Assembly: GCA_013239625.1 (NCBI GenBank)
Contig: MU053487.1
Location: 1,197,058-1,261,057 of the forward strand
DNA: 64,000 bases
Source of the DNA: Lama guanicoe
Lineage: Eukaryota
Direction: 5' to 3'
Under the pieces are notes generated by a model. That model was not told where the DNA came from and searched no databases. It saw nothing but the letters and a program-made list of their open reading frames with translations. Position 1 is the stretch's first letter. The number at the start of each line of letters is the position of its first letter. This document shows positions 48,831 to 63,312 of the stretch, in pieces. Made by a program: the position numbers and the translations under genes.

Positions 48831-50739
48831 CTTTGCTTCCCATTCATCCCAGATCAAATTAAATCCAGCCTGGCCCCCACCTGCTAAAACTGGTGGGAAA
48901 TCTTAATTTCAGTTATTGTTTAAGGTGTCGTTCTTGTTCTAGTTGATTTTGCCAGAAACCCGTATGCTTCTGTGACCCAGCAGAGTTTCTAGAGGTTCCC
49001 ATGACTTTAGCTTGCCGTGGTCACGGATGCTCTTTAGCTTACCATTCCTCTGTCAAGAGCTAGACTCTATTTTTGCTTGGTCCTACTGCTCCTATGGGTA
49101 CATTGTAGCAATACCTGCTTTCTGTATTCTGCCTTACTGTTGTCAGTGGCCCTTAATGTAGCCTTTATCAACACCTTCCTCCATATGAGTTCAGGCTCTT
49201 TCAGAGAGGTAGGTACCTGTCCATTCTTTATCCTCCCAATGAGCCTTTGTTAATTCCCCTCCCAGGCTAGCCCAGGACAGATTAAGATGAAATTGACCCT
49301 TGGAGCTATCACGAACCTAAACCATAAACAGAAAAGCCCATGTGTCCTTTAAGTGAGGCAAGGGTGGAGTGAAAGAAGGGGAGAATACCATCATTTTACA
49401 TAGCTATCCCTTTTGGCTACCAGAACGTGGCACAAAGTAATGTCTTCGTGGACCAGCCGAACACAGATGTGAACCTGGCTTCTTTCCTTCAGAATTTCCC
49501 ATATGATTTATTTTGCTAAAGAATTGCAAGGGGATCTATGTACAAAATTGAACAAATTTATTTATCATTGGTTATATTTTCCCTTGGAGCATATTATAAA
49601 ACACTATTTGAGGAACTCCAGCTGGGCAAAACTAACTAAAGAATTGCTTTACCTCATTAGAGGTGGTTATTGTTTGGCTAAATAACATCAACTCAGAAGC
49701 TGAGCTATGTATAAATGATTTGATGACCCAGAATTCATGCAAGCCAAGAGCAGAATAATTCTTTCTAGTAACATTTCTGTATCGTGTATCTTCAGTGATG
49801 AAACAATTATATCTTTTAGTTTTTCCAGGTATGGCAGAAAAAACTTATTCTGCCCCATGGATAACCAGGAATCAATCATATGTTATCTTATGCAATTCGC
49901 TGGTGATTTGCTCAGTTAGTTCTTACAGAAGCATGTTATTTTCTCTGTTGAATGTTGAGTCATTTTGTGTTAAGTGTAGTTCAGGGAAAAAATGTTTTCT
50001 TATAAGTGAAGATGGTTTTCTTTTTTACTGTTATTCCTGTTATTTACAGTAATATTAAGTGATAGGATCCCAGTAATTGCCAATAAGAAGGTACTATTAA
50101 GGAATTTTTAGTTTAAAAGTAGGATCTTCTTGATGGGGGGACAAACTTTTAGTTGTCAAGTTCCCCATGTCTACATCAAATATGACCCAGCCTGGCAACA
50201 CATTTGAAGAGAAGGGTCAAAGTAGACACAGATCCTTTTAAATTTGACTTGTTTGGCAATAATGATTTCTGCTTAAATAGCCTACCAGTTTGTATAAAAC
50301 AAATATTTCATAGAATTCTAGGCTGCAGTCAACCATGAACTTAATTCCAAGGAGAAACACATAAAAGACTTCTAAAGGCTATCTGGATACTTTTCTTGGA
50401 AGGATGGGAAGCTTAGAGATGCTGTGGACCTATTTTACCTTGTGTTTTTGCTTAGCGGCTAGAAATTAATAACATCTATTGCATTGCTTCATGTGTGCGT
50501 GATGAGGTGACAGTGACAATATATATATTACTGCATATATATGTACATGACATATGTACATACAGTCATATATATGTGTATATATAGCCTTTGAATATGG
50601 TGAGTTTCATCTTTGACAGCAAGAAGACAAACTAACACAATAGATGAGAGCCCTTCTTTGATGTCTTAACAGAGTGTGTAGCACATATTGTGCAGTTGGG
50701 GGATATCAGAGAGAAGTACTCTCAGGATGACCATTGTCT

Positions 50740-51045
50740 TTGCCTGTTTTTGTGTCTACCCTCTCCATTACATGGCTAATTCCTTTACAAAAGGGACTGC
50801 ATCTTAATTGTCTTTGCATCCAAAATACCAAGCCAGGGACTTGTACATAGTGGACACTTGATAAATATCAGTTAACTTCATTAAAAAATAAATGATTGTC
50901 ATGCTCAGTTATGTTTGTCTCCCTGTCTCTGCTGAAACCTCCATACAGGCAGCGATCTGTCAGTCTTATTCTTTGTTCTAGCTGGATGTCTAACATTACA
51001 TCTGGCAAATTATAGATGCTTAATTCATACTGACTGTTAGAAGTA
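50740..51045 (+). mobile_element. Two adjacent L2 3' fragments
   Basis: agggactgcatctta...tacatagtggacacttgataaatat and tgtctccctgtct...gtcttattctt...tagatgcttaat. Confidence 0.55.
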
Positions 51046-51964
51046 GACTCTTGACAAATGTCCTCTGCTAACACATCTCTCATATGGCTGAAAATGGTTG
51101 CTCCCCTGTCGTAGCCTGGATGGTGTTCTAAATCCATCATCAATTAAAAAAATACCACTCTCGTTTAGGTCTGCTTGCTATTGAAATAGCTCTCTACTCC
51201 TTGGACAACGTACTATTTCTATAGACAGAATTACTTATCAGAGAACAGATACGTAAAGAGCCTCAGAATAGCTCACCCAGGAAGGAGGAGCTCTGGACAA
51301 GGCCAAGTAAGGCAAGATTCTCAGAAAGAAGTCAGTTACAGGTTTCAAGTCCACAGCTATCCATTCTCATTAAATGTAATGTTGGCAGTCGTCAGTTCTA
51401 CTTCACTGAACTTTTCCAACAATCCAATTTGAAAAGCTCATAAGAATAATTGCTGTCCAACTCATTGGAGACAGCTATTAGAAAAGTCGAAGAACTTAGC
51501 ATTTATTTTAGATGAGTATATAACCTAGTGGAAAGAACAAGGAATATACCCTTGAAATGATATTATGGGTAAAGTTCCAAAGGGTGAAGATAAATAAAAT
51601 TGAAACTGTATTTAAAGTCCCCACGTGTTTCCAATTCTGATAGCAGGTTTAATTTGGTGCAAACTCTTTTCAGTACAGAAACAAAAATCACAAGCAAATA
51701 TGAAAGTATAGGATGTATGAAATTGTTTGTAGAACTGATGATATTGGAGACAATGTCTTTCTTTTGTTTGATATTGCAATAGATATTCTACTTTAGGGGG
51801 GAATAAAGTGTAAAGGGTTAATGAATGTCAGAAGGAATGACTTCCAAATTAAGAGTATCTGGGATAGATTAAAAGCATCTTTCCATTATCAAGCAATTAT
51901 TCTATGGCAAGTTATTCTCCTATGTTCTTTGTAATTCTTGCTCCATTTATTTCTCATCAAATTG

Positions 51965-52095
51965 TGTAAGTTGAAACATTTATCATCATCATTTTAGAGA
52001 TGAGGAAACTGAGGCATGGAAGCAAAATCTGAAAGCAAGGTAGTAAGGAAGGCAGGATTTGCCCTTAGTAATCCAAATCTAGAGTGCATACTTGG
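51965..52095 (-). mobile_element. MIR
   Basis: cattttagagatgaggaaactgaggcatgga is the MIR core. Confidence 0.75.
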
Positions 52096-53957
52096 AACCA
52101 CAAGAGGAGAGGGTTGTCTGACCCCATTCCCAGGTGTCGGTGGATGGTGGGAGACAAAAGAAAGCAACTTTATGATATTGGATTCCTGGAATAAGGAAGG
52201 AGGGTGAGAAGGTGCAGAATTAATATAAAGCTTATGTTAAGTGGAAGACATAAAACCCCAAATACCTTTTTTTTTGGAGCAAAGACCAGTTGTAGTAATT
52301 CAGAGGTAAAAGGTAGAAGGGTCCCTGTAAATTCTTGAATTTAAGGTGCACACATTCAGACTTTGAGAAAGATATCTTGGAAAGTCCCACTGCTCTGGGA
52401 TATCAAGACAATGCTGGATCCCAGGTTTGACTCCTAGGTTCAGGTATGTTGTGTGGGCTAAATGTTGGCAGATTACCAAAGACTGAGAATAACAAGATAC
52501 CTTTAAGACCAGACATAAAATGTAAGCATGAGAGATGTGCAATTGGAAACCATACTTATGTTGTTCACACATCAGATCGTTTCCAATTTAATGATCATTT
52601 GAAAATACTGCTTACTGTGCCCACATAAAGCCTTTGGAAATAACCAGTGGCTAATTAAAGAACCTGGGAATATGATTTCAAAAGATATATGCTCTGGAAT
52701 CACATTGCTGAAAGTAAATATGCAGTTTGCTAACTACCTAATGCAGTGATATACCTAAACTGCTAAGCAAGACCGCTAACAAAGGAAAAAGCTATTTGGA
52801 GACTTGAAAAATAGAATTGAATGTCTATCCGGTTTTTGTTTTTGGAAGATGTCAGATATCTTCCCACTATAAAGGTGTATGCTTTTATGCTTCCTTAAAA
52901 TCTGCAAGAAAAATTAGCTTGAACCCTGTATTTGCTATATATCATGAAACCTCATTACTGTATACCTGGCTTTCTGACAGAAGCTAAAGAAAATTAGCCC
53001 CAGCAGTTTAGCAATGCTTGCATTTAAGAGATCACACCAAAATGTTCTTCCTATCAGCCTGATTCTCCTTACATTCCAAAGGGGGACAATGCAATCTATT
53101 TATGGTGGCATAAACTGCATGAAATATTGTTGTAAATGAATTCCATGCTCCTTGCAGAGCAAGCCTGAGATTAGTGTATTCTACAGTGTAAGGGGGCATA
53201 ATTATTTCACCATGTGTTTGTTTACTAAAGCATTCTTTATAAAGGGCTAATTCCCCTATAGAAGAAGCTCCTGAAGAAAGTTCTTAATTCATACCCACTG
53301 ATAAAGCTGTTTTATTATATCTTCTGTATGAGGCTAGAGTTTTGCAGGAAACTCCATATTTTATGACTAATACGCAGCTATTGAATTTGAATACTGCTGG
53401 GCTTTCTAGCCTTTTTTCCCTCTGATCAAACTTTCCCCCCTGTTTTAAACCTGTCATACTGAAAATGATCAAGAAGGTGTAAATAATTACTGGTTACTAT
53501 ATTTATTTAAGTGAATCTTTCATTAAGAGTGAGACCACATGCCTAGAATTTCACACATTTTCTACTTCCACAGATGAACTTTTCAGAGAATCTTAATTTG
53601 GAGCTAAATAATAAACTGCAGGGGAATATGAGAAATCTTAGAAAAGAGTTGGAAAAATAAGCACTCAATGAACAGGGTTAAAGATGAAGAGCCTAGTCTA
53701 CCGATTTCAGCCCTAAGAATAAACTTGGCTTTTCCTAGATGGGGAGTTTTAGGAAAGGGTTGAAGTTTGCCTAGAATCAATTTGCTTTACTAGAAAGATG
53801 AAAAAAGAAGGCATGATTATTTGTAAATCAAATGAAGTTATGTATTAAATTTCAAAATATTAGAAAATGTTTTGTTTTTATTATTATTATTATTATCATT
53901 ATTTTCTTTTCTTGTCCAATATTATCCATTGAAATTTATTCAGGTGAAAATGTCACA

Positions 53958-54695
53958 GTGATTCACTTGTTCTGTAAATATGTGGCACAAACTTGAACCT
54001 AACATTGTTCTAGATTCTGTAGACAGAGCAGTAACCTCTCCTGCAACTCCAATAGAGGAAGCAGATAAAAAACATCATGTGTTAGATGCCATCAAGTACT
54101 AAAAATAAATAAAAGTAAGCAAAGTAAGGAAAGAGCAAAGCATAATATTTGGGATTGGGTAGACAGAAAATCCTCTGTGATAAGGCAGCATTTGAGACGA
54201 GATCATAAATAAGCAAGGGAGTGAGCCAGCTAATGGAAGAGTATTGCAACAGAGGGAACAGCACATGCAAAGGCCCTGAGGCAGGAGAAGGCTTTATGTG
54301 TCTCAAGGAAAAGAAGATCATTGTAGATGGAGCATGGTGAGCAAGGGGCAGCTTGGTAGAAGAGAGAGCCAGAAAGTTAGCATGGAGCAGGATGACGTAG
54401 GGCTATGTAGGTCAAGTTAAGGAGTTGGGATTTTATTCTGCAGATGATGTGATGCATTGGAGGGTTTTGAGCAGAGGAGTGACATAATCTGACATGGATT
54501 TTTCTATCAATTTTGTGGAGAAGAGACTACAAGGAGGGAAGAGTGGAAGCAATTACAAACAAAAGACCAGATGACAGGTGATGGAGGCAGTGGAGGAGAT
54601 GGTGTCAAGTGATCAGATTCTGAATATATCCTGGGGGCAGAGCTGACAGCATCTCCTAAAAGATTGCACTGTGGGGCGGGAAAGCAAGAGTAGCC
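53958..54695 (-). mobile_element. L2a/b 3' region
   Basis: cagagggaacagcacatgcaaaggccctgaggcagga, ttttattctg...ttggagggttttgagcagaggagtgacataatctgac. Confidence 0.9.
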
Positions 54696-54719
54696 AACTC
54701 ACTGCTGCCCAGAAAAAGT

Positions 54720-55390
54720 ATAGGTAATTAATTTGAAATGACGCTCCCTGACCATACCAAGTGTTCGTCCTATTATCCATACCGAGTTCAATTTCCTTCT
54801 ATTTCAGTTGACTTGGCTTTTATTTTACTGTTACTTTATTTTCACCTTACTTTTATTTTATGCTAATGTTTGAGGGTATCAGGTACATAGAATTGAATTA
54901 TTCATGTGCCTTTGTTTCTGAAACATCATTATCACTAAGGCAGGCCAGCCCTGTTTTACTTATTTAATTTTATTTTAATATTTTAACCCTTTCATCTATG
55001 ATTCTTGTTCCTCTTTTCACTTCTTTACTCTAATGCACAGTAAAATATACCTGATATTTGTCCTTGAACTATGTCTAATATTTGTCCATATCCTTGTGGC
55101 TTTGTTTGTAGGTGTTATTCTTAATATCTTATGTAAATAATATCTTTGTTGTGTTTTCTTCTTTTCTGAAATAACACTGTATTTTTAAGAATTAATTCCT
55201 GTTGCTTTATGTGCTTTTAGCTCATTGTTTCTGAGTGCTGCAGGGCGTTCCATACCAGGTCTCAACCCTGCTTAACTCATCCATTCTTTTCTTTATCTTG
55301 TGCTCCTTACAGCTAATGGTGTCATGAGAAATACCCTTTTACACAGCTTTTTGCATAGTCTTGGGTGGCAGTTTCTCTGGGGGATATGGC
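54720..55390 (-). mobile_element. L1ME-like 3' fragments
   Basis: aacactgtatttttaagaattaattcctgttgct...tttctctgggga; diverged. Confidence 0.45.
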
Positions 55391-55958
55391 CAGCCATTAG
55401 CTTTTGTTTAAATCATATTTATCAACATATTCACAATGAATTATACGCAATCAACAATCATTTCACATTTACAACAGAGAACAAAGGTGTTTGGTCAAGT
55501 TTTAAAAGATAAGTAATAAGTTTATTTTTATTGGTGAAGGCACAGTAGAGAAGATGATAGAAGGCTTCAGGATTCCACTTTGGAAATTAAAATAGAGACT
55601 AAGAATTCTATCTGGAAGATAAAATGAAAGTCAACCTTTCATTTATGAGAATGAAAAAAAAAAAAGCAGAATGAGAGAGAATGACAGTGATTTTAAGTTC
55701 CAGATTAAATTACATCAGAATCAGCTCCATTCTTCAGGTCAGTGTTTCCACTCTGCTGCAAAGATTATTAACCCCAGATCAGAAACTGTCTGCCCACAAC
55801 CAGTGCTCTTCCAACTGCACAAGGTAAACTGACAGTGTCTCTTCATAAACCTTATGGTACCCCTTTCTCACTTACGTAAGTACGCATGGAAAAATTCCAG
55901 TAAAACCTATTCATACAAATGGCCCCAGAGCAAGTGCTAATAACATTTTCTGTGTGTA

Positions 55959-56002
55959 TACACACACACACACACAGACACACACACACACACACACACA
56001 CA
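55959..56002 (+). repeat. (CA)n microsatellite with one GA interruption
   Basis: Directly visible. Confidence 0.97.
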
Positions 56003-56029
56003 TTTAGAATTAATTAAACTGATGTAGCT

Positions 56030-56350
56030 ACTCTGAAAGGCTATATGGTAGTATCAATAAAACAGAATTCTTTTGTACTCTGAAATTTTATTTCTAAGCA
56101 GCTAATCAAGAGAAAATTTGCATATATGCACAAGGCATTTGTGCAAGGATGTCAATGCAGTGCTCTATAATTGCCAAAAATTTTAGAAACAATCTAAATG
56201 TCTTAATCATAGGATAAAAGCTAAATAAATGATAGATATCCCCATATTATATGATATATGTTGCCTTGGTTCCAAAACTTGAGCATCAACATCACATTTA
56301 CATACATAAACACAAGCTTCATGTTTCCTTTTTGGTAAAAAAGCAATTTG
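56030..56350 (+). mobile_element. L1ME-like 3' fragment
   Basis: tgtgcaaggatgtcaatgcagtgct...gaaacaatctaaatgtc...aaataaatgatag. Confidence 0.55.
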
Positions 56351-59300
56351 CCTAACAGCATGCACATTATGTACCATGTCCACACTTCAGACCTACCATG
56401 TTTCTGTGTCGCTCAGAATCTCCCAAAGTGAACAAGAGATTGAGCCTTCTTTTGAGGTCTCCTTATGTGTGTGTTTGCTCACAGAGAGAGCAAGCAACAT
56501 CTATTTCCTTGCAACCCAAATCCTTCATAATCCGCGGAGTCTACTTCAATATGGGCCACACAGATGGAAAAGCTCAAGATTCTCCAGGATACTAAGCCAA
56601 CTTGATCAAGAAGACTAATTTTACTGGATGCACCACTCTCCTCTTCCCCATGCTAGGTGTGCAGGTTCTTAAGAGGAGATGAGAGGATGGATGCTGATGA
56701 TGAAGATGATGATGCAGGAAGGTGGAAATGCCAGCCAGGAGCCAGCAAACAGAGGGCTTACTATAAACCTGTGAATTCTAGATGATCTCAGAATCACACT
56801 TGTCATGATGTAATGCTGTGAATATTTGTCTTTACCTAAAAGTTGTTCTTTAATCCTACATTTTAGGCTGAACAACATATCCTTAAGTAGTTAAACATTT
56901 TCACCAGCAGGTTGGAATTATGAGTTGTTGGCAGATCCTGGGTCTGGCTGCCTGAGATAGGCCTTAATCCTCCAGAACAGATCTAATTTACAATCTCAAG
57001 CTCTCCTCTCCATATAAGAGATGACCCCATGGCTACCTATTGCTCTTTCTTCCTCTCATTCCAGAGGAACCAGACTGCAAGGAGACTGCAGGTGCCTTCT
57101 AGTCACACTGCACGATTATAGCAAGGAGGCTCCGTGCATTTTGCTGGAGGTGGTTATGATAGGGAGGCTTGTCTCTGCCATACACTGGGAATTGTGAAAA
57201 CAAACAGAAACCCTCAACATAACATAATTACTCAGAATACGTCAGAGATGACTAGACACACGCAGCATCAATTCATCAGCTAATTTCCACATGTCTACGT
57301 ATGTGTCAGGTGCTGTGCTTGTCACTGGAGGTTTGCTGGGGACCAGGGACACAGTGTCGATTGGTGTCTGATGACGGAGCTAGCTTTAGCATTGGCAGAG
57401 GAAAATGTTCGTAGTATTCCCAGATCCAACACCTTTCCTGGTCAACTACAGGAAAAGGAAATCGTTCCTCAGTCCCAGGCTAGAGTCTTCATCCTGGCCA
57501 GCTTTGTGTTGCTGTCATTCTGAGCGTAGATCCTGGGGCTTCCTTACACAGATAGCATCAGGATGTCTTCCAGCTTAGTGAAAAAACTAAGAAAAACCTG
57601 ATCTTCTGCTTAGAAGTATGGTAAAATGTGGGATAGTGATTATAGATTTGGGCTTGGTCTCTCAAGTTTTGTGTGGGGTTCTACTAAGCTGATGGGCTCT
57701 GCTCCTCACCTGACTCCACCCAGTGGCTCCCTCCAGTCTTCTGTCTGCGTGGCCCATAAAGCAAATGGACTCCCAGGTACCAATAAGCAAGCCCCCCAAC
57801 TCTGTGAGTATCGCTCACATGCAAGTGAGGTTTTCCTCTCGGGTTGATATAGTGGTATTTCATCCCGTTTCTAATTTAACACTCCTCCTCTCCCCCCACC
57901 CTTTCCAGCAGGAGCTACGGAGATACTGATTAAGCTAAGCAGCAATTAAACATCCTAACACTGTCATTATCTTTCCTTAAGTAGCCACTTCAGCCATGAG
58001 GAGAACATTAACTAAACCAGACTAATTTTCCAAGGGTGTAGGTAGGCTTTCAATTTTCTTGATTCTGGGTTTGTCAAAAGGACCAGAGAGCCTTTTGTTT
58101 ACCCTAAGAGACTCTTCAGATTGAATTTAGAATTCGAGGGGATGACGTTTCTGCTTTAGATCATAACATTTGTAAAATACATTTCCATCCAGCAGTAAAG
58201 CACGGTCTGCAGGGGAGTAACCACATCTCGTACAGTGTGTCAGCGCTCTGCCAGGGCAACGTGGATTGGGTGAGCAGGGGGCCCCCTGAGCAGCAGTGGC
58301 TCTGCCCAGGCACCACCTTCTCAGGACAACTTCTCTTTGTGCCTCACCAATTGTGAATTCTGGGCTCAGAAATCCAAGAGCCTCTGCAGGCTGCTCTAGA
58401 GATCTGCTTAATGTTTCTACTTCTTCTCTAACCTGAGGCCCCATTCTGGTTATTCCTTCTCACTGCTCTCAAATTGGTCTTTTCTTCTCAAGATAGTTAA
58501 TGGTCACCCTTCAGCCTCGCAAGGTACTGACGCCAGGACTTGCTTGTCACCGGCTGCACCAGCTCAAGAGCCAGAGGTGCTCCGTAAGGGAAACAGCGGG
58601 CAGCTGGGCTGGTAGATAGACTCTGATGTGACTTGATTCTGTGGCCTACCCCCAACTCCCTTTCCCAGCCCATCTTGTGCCTCTGACCTCCCTGCCAACA
58701 CCTTCAAGTCACAGGAGCCTTTTTTGTCCCAGAAACTCACCAGGATGGTTCCCATTTTACAGCCTTTGTGGACTCTGTTTCTCTATTTGCAAATCTTGTT
58801 TCTTCTGACCTTCCCACACATTCAGCTTGTTCCTTTCATTCAAACATCAGCTTAATGTCTTCTTAGGGACACTTTTCCTGAATTCCCAATAAAAGTTGCC
58901 ACCTAGTTACTTCTTTCACTTATAGTTTGTATTTTTACATGAGTGACTTTTAATTTTAATTTCATATTTTGATTTTCATGCTAAAAAATTCAAAAAAACT
59001 TTTATTCTGGATTCAATATCTACTTTTATTTTCTTCTGTAACAATTTTGGGATAATCCAAAGGATGTCCTGGGTTGATGGGTAAATCTCTAACAGGCCTT
59101 GATGAAGTCATATATTATCCAGAGTGCTTTTGGTCATTGAACATGGTGGAAGATCCCATCAACCCCCATCACTAATAAGAAAGCCTGGATCCTCATAGAC
59201 CAGACTTCCAGGTTCACAAAAGCTAGATTGCTTATAGCTAACATTATTTTTTTTTTTTGAGAGTATGACTTGAAAAAGCCCCAAAGCACCAGACAAATGG

Positions 59301-59479
59301 TACGTGAGAAGGTAACATTAGTTATCTTGGTCACTAAGCAGATCTCTGTTGGATTCCTAAAAAAGATTAGAGCCCTGAGGTTGGCATTATCACCCCTAAG
59401 AGTTCCCCAGGGTTTTGTTCGACACATCCTCTCGAGATCACTGGGGAAGCTTCTAAAGAACTTCCATTATGTAATTCCA

Positions 59480-59640
59480 TACAATTTAGTGAGCATTCAT
59501 TGTGTGATAAAGATCCTGTGGGATAATACAAACAGGAAGAAACATGGTCTCTGTCTTCAAGGAGTTCGTAAGCTAGTACAGGACACAGACATGCAGATTT
59601 ATGATCAGGGGCACAAGGCACAGTGTAAAACAAGAGTTCT
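59480..59640 (-). mobile_element. L2 3' fragment
   Basis: ttagtgagcattcattgtgtg...acatggtctctgtcttcaaggagttc...gacacagaca. Confidence 0.65.
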
Positions 59641-60135
59641 AACCAAACAGCCAAGGGAGGACAGACAAGGAAGAGATGAATCCCAGATGGTGCATCAGGC
59701 AGGCACCAGACTGTTTATCACATAATGTATTTAGGGAAAGTAGCTTAAAATAAATGTCTCTCTTATGCCAGTGTTGGAGGGGTTGTCAGTCTCTACCTCA
59801 GCATTTCAAAAATTCATAGCTTCTGATGAGCTTAGCATTCTCAACATTAGGCTAAGAATAGCACAAGGCAGGCAGTGATGCCTGAGATCAGTGCTTTGGT
59901 TCCATTGCCAGAGAGCAGAGAGGGAGTGAGTCTCTCCAGGCGGTCCTCAGAAACTGATAATCCAATACTCCTCCATTCAAAAATCTGTTTACAATTGCAG
60001 TCTGTAAAACAGCACCTTTGGACCTTTCAACTCTTTTGGAAAAAGTGTCCTTTATCCAAATTTAATTTACTCCCTCTCCACATCCTTATCATTCCTAGAT
60101 TCCAAAGTCCGAAATGTTGATTAAGAATTCTGTTT

Positions 60136-60412
60136 CTAACAGACTGATAGACATGGAATACAAACTTGTGGTTGCTAGAGGGGTGGGGAGTGGGAAGGGA
60201 CTGGGATTTCAAAATGTAGAATAGATAAACAAGATTGTATTGTGTAGCACAGGGAAATACATATGGGATCTTGTGGTGGCTCACAGTGAAAGAGAATGTG
60301 ACAATGAATGTATGTATGTTCATGTATAACTGAAAAACTGTGCTCTACACTGGAATTTGACACAACATTGTAATATGACTATAACTCAATTTTAAAAATG
60401 CTTTTTAAAAAA
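60136..60412 (+). mobile_element. Young 5'-truncated L1, camelid-like 3' UTR
   Basis: acaaacttgtggttgctagaggggtgggg...gtgtagcacagggaaata...gtataactgaaaaactgtgctctacactggaatttgacacaacattgtaa...A-rich tail; perfect 13-bp TSD aagaattctgttt at 60123-60135 and 60413-60425, preceded by TT. Confidence 0.93.
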
Positions 60413-62194
60413 AAGAATTCTGTTTGTAAACTCATTTTGCAGTTATAGTATACAATCTTTACTCCAGGCAAGCATCAAAAATTGTGGTGTTTCACCCCAT
60501 ACTATCTCATGCTATTAGGGGACACCTCTGGCAGATGGTATAATTATTGCATTTGGGGGATACTTGTCCTCTACTCAAGAGAGTTTTGTGCCTATATTTC
60601 CTTAGTTGACTCTATGTTATGAGCTTAGGATTCAGACTTGTGGCTTTGGGTGGAGAGCTCCTTCCTTTCTAATTGGCCACTTTCGTCTACATGTGTATTT
60701 CCTAGTAAGATGCAACAGGGTAGAGAGATCCAGGATGTCCAATAGTCATTTCCAAAGGCATGAATGGTGTCCATGGAGGGAAACAACTGGTTCGCCATGC
60801 ATATCTGCAGACAGTAAGTTAGAAGTAATTGTGCCAGAGTTGAGTCTTGGAAAATAATTCAAAATTGTGTATTTCACAGTAGAAGATTTGGCAAATAAAA
60901 CTATTATTTTGTTAGCATGTGAAATTGACTTTTTTGAACTATTCTTTTTCACATGTTAGGAGTTTGTTTAAAATACATCTAGGAGAAAAGTTATCTTGAT
61001 GTGGAGACCCTAGATTCTATTGAATTTTACAACTTGCTGCAAAATATTTTTCATTACCATCTCTAATCCTCCTTAAAGGGATATGCTGTCATTATTTTGT
61101 TGGAGAACAGTGTGCAGGCTTGTTTCTTGTAAGAGTCACCAGAGATACTTAGCATTCTACAGTGTGAAGTATTCTATGGAATACAGAAAGACAGAGGTTG
61201 TATATTTAGTTGATCTGAGAGAACAACGCTGGCAGTACTGATCAGAGGAACTTTGAGCATAGTCTCCACTTTGATTTGGGTGCCCAGTGTAGCTTTGCCA
61301 ACTGTGGTTAAAGCCACAATCAAAGCAAGAGAACATAAGGCTCTTGGTGATCTCTTCCTAATCCACTTTTCAGCTCTAATCTACTAATGGACCCAAGATG
61401 GCACATTGTCCTTAGTCTTGCCTTAATGAAAAATTGCCATTAAAATTTAAACCACTTTCTTGGGGATTTCCACAGTTCTTATTTATGTTCTTCCTCTACT
61501 TTGAATAAATTTCGCCCTCTCTTTCATTTTCATTCAAAGTCTAGATCCTTTGGCATCTCTGTAAAGGTTTACTCTAATAATCCTAGGCATCTCCACTCTG
61601 TTCCAACAACACTTGGCTCAAACTACTAACATAACATGTACCTTGAAAGAATACTTGTAGTTTTATATTGTCTGTCTTTGTCTTCTTTTTAGCAGCTTCC
61701 AAGACTCACATATTTTGTACTTTTATGCCTCACAAAATAAATAACATCCAGTAGAACTAAGTATAATTCAATATTAATTTGACTGATACATTATTTTTAA
61801 AGATAGATATGAAATTATGGTTTATTATAGAAGACTTATCTGTACAAAGTAAATAACATTTTATACATTTGTTACACCTGTATTTATACGTATACAATCA
61901 AAGTAACAGTAGTCTAGATAAATGATTTTCATGGTAACAAGGTAGACAATTCAAAGAAGAAATTATATTTGCAGACATTAATACAATTATTCAGTCCTAG
62001 AATTGGAGGAGGACCTTAGAGATTGCATAGATTGAGCTCCATGTCTTTCAAGAAGGAGACTCAGAGAAGTTAAATGGTATATGATCTCAAGCGTATTCAT
62101 GGTCTTGATCACCAAATGAATACCAACAAGTAAGAAACAACTATGGCTTTAGCAGTAACTTCTTCTCTATGTTTCAAAAACTTCTATCTAAGTC

Positions 62195-62832
62195 CTTTGT
62201 GAGTATCTTCTTCAGGATGTCCCAATGATACTCAAATACCTAAAACTGACCTTAATATCTTCTCTTATCTTCAATTTTTTTTAGCTCTTATATTTGACTA
62301 GAGCAGTTCTTATCCCAATACATCCACACTTTGAAACCCCAACCCCAGTTTTGTCTCTGAATCATCTTTTTCTTATATCCAGTTGATCGTTAATCTCCGC
62401 CAATATTCTCCGCAAGTATTTCTCAATTTATCTTCTCTTCCCAATCTCCTCTCACTCAACTTTAATTTACTCCCATTTACTCCTCTACAACATGAGTTTA
62501 TTGTATAACTTTCTAATTATCTCTCTTTGTCCAAACTGTACCATCCAGTCCATCCCATGCATTGCGGTAACAATGACCTTTTTGTGACTTCACTCCTCAA
62601 AATTAAAGTCCACACTTCTTAGCGTGATTTTTCATGCTATTACTCTACCTGCTTTTCTATCCAGACCCTTTACTTATCTGTGCATGTATTATCCTCATGA
62701 CATCCTGACCTGTTAGAAGTTTTTCAAACATGCCATGCCCACTCATACATCCCTTTTTGAGTTAGTCACCATTCTATTCTAAGCCCCTTAGCTGAATCTG
62801 TGGCACATGATAAGGTCTCAATCAATATTTGT
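62195..62832 (+). mobile_element. L2
   Basis: ctaaaactgaccttaatatctt...taaagtccacacttcttagcgtg...tggcacatgataaggtctcaatcaatatttgt. Confidence 0.7.
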
Positions 62833-63084
62833 AGAACTTAAAGTAGACAGGAGTGGGGAAGATATGTCTTGAAGATTGTGGTTCTTTTCATTACATTGTG
62901 TTACCAACTTGGTGGACAGCAGTGTTTGCAGTCACTTATGAAGAACATTCAACTCAATTCTCAGTACCCAGAGGTATAACATTCAAATTTTCAAATTATC
63001 TAGATCGTTTTGTCCCTCTTGCCTTGCTTTGCCATGCCTGCCTTGGGGTATTTTATTTATTGTCAATGAGAGAAGGCATGGTAT

Positions 63085-63312
63085 AATATAATGTACATTG
63101 TATTTTTGTCATGTTGGCCATTGATTCAAGTCTCAGTGCTCATGCCCATAAGCTGTGTGATCTTAGACATGTAGAGAAACATATTTGAGTGTTTGTTTTC
63201 TTATTAGCAAAATGACATAATGACAATTACTTCATAAGTTTATTTAGAAATGAAGAATAACAGCATATGTAAAGCATGTAGTACACCAAGTGCACTCAGT
63301 CAGTGTTTGCTT
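63085..63312 (+). mobile_element. MIR
   Basis: agctgtgtgatcttagaca...catatgtaaagcatgtagtaca...gcactcagtcagtgtt. Confidence 0.65.

Noticed and set aside
59270..59725. 151-aa ORF
   Set aside because: TTG start and runs through an antisense L2 fragment
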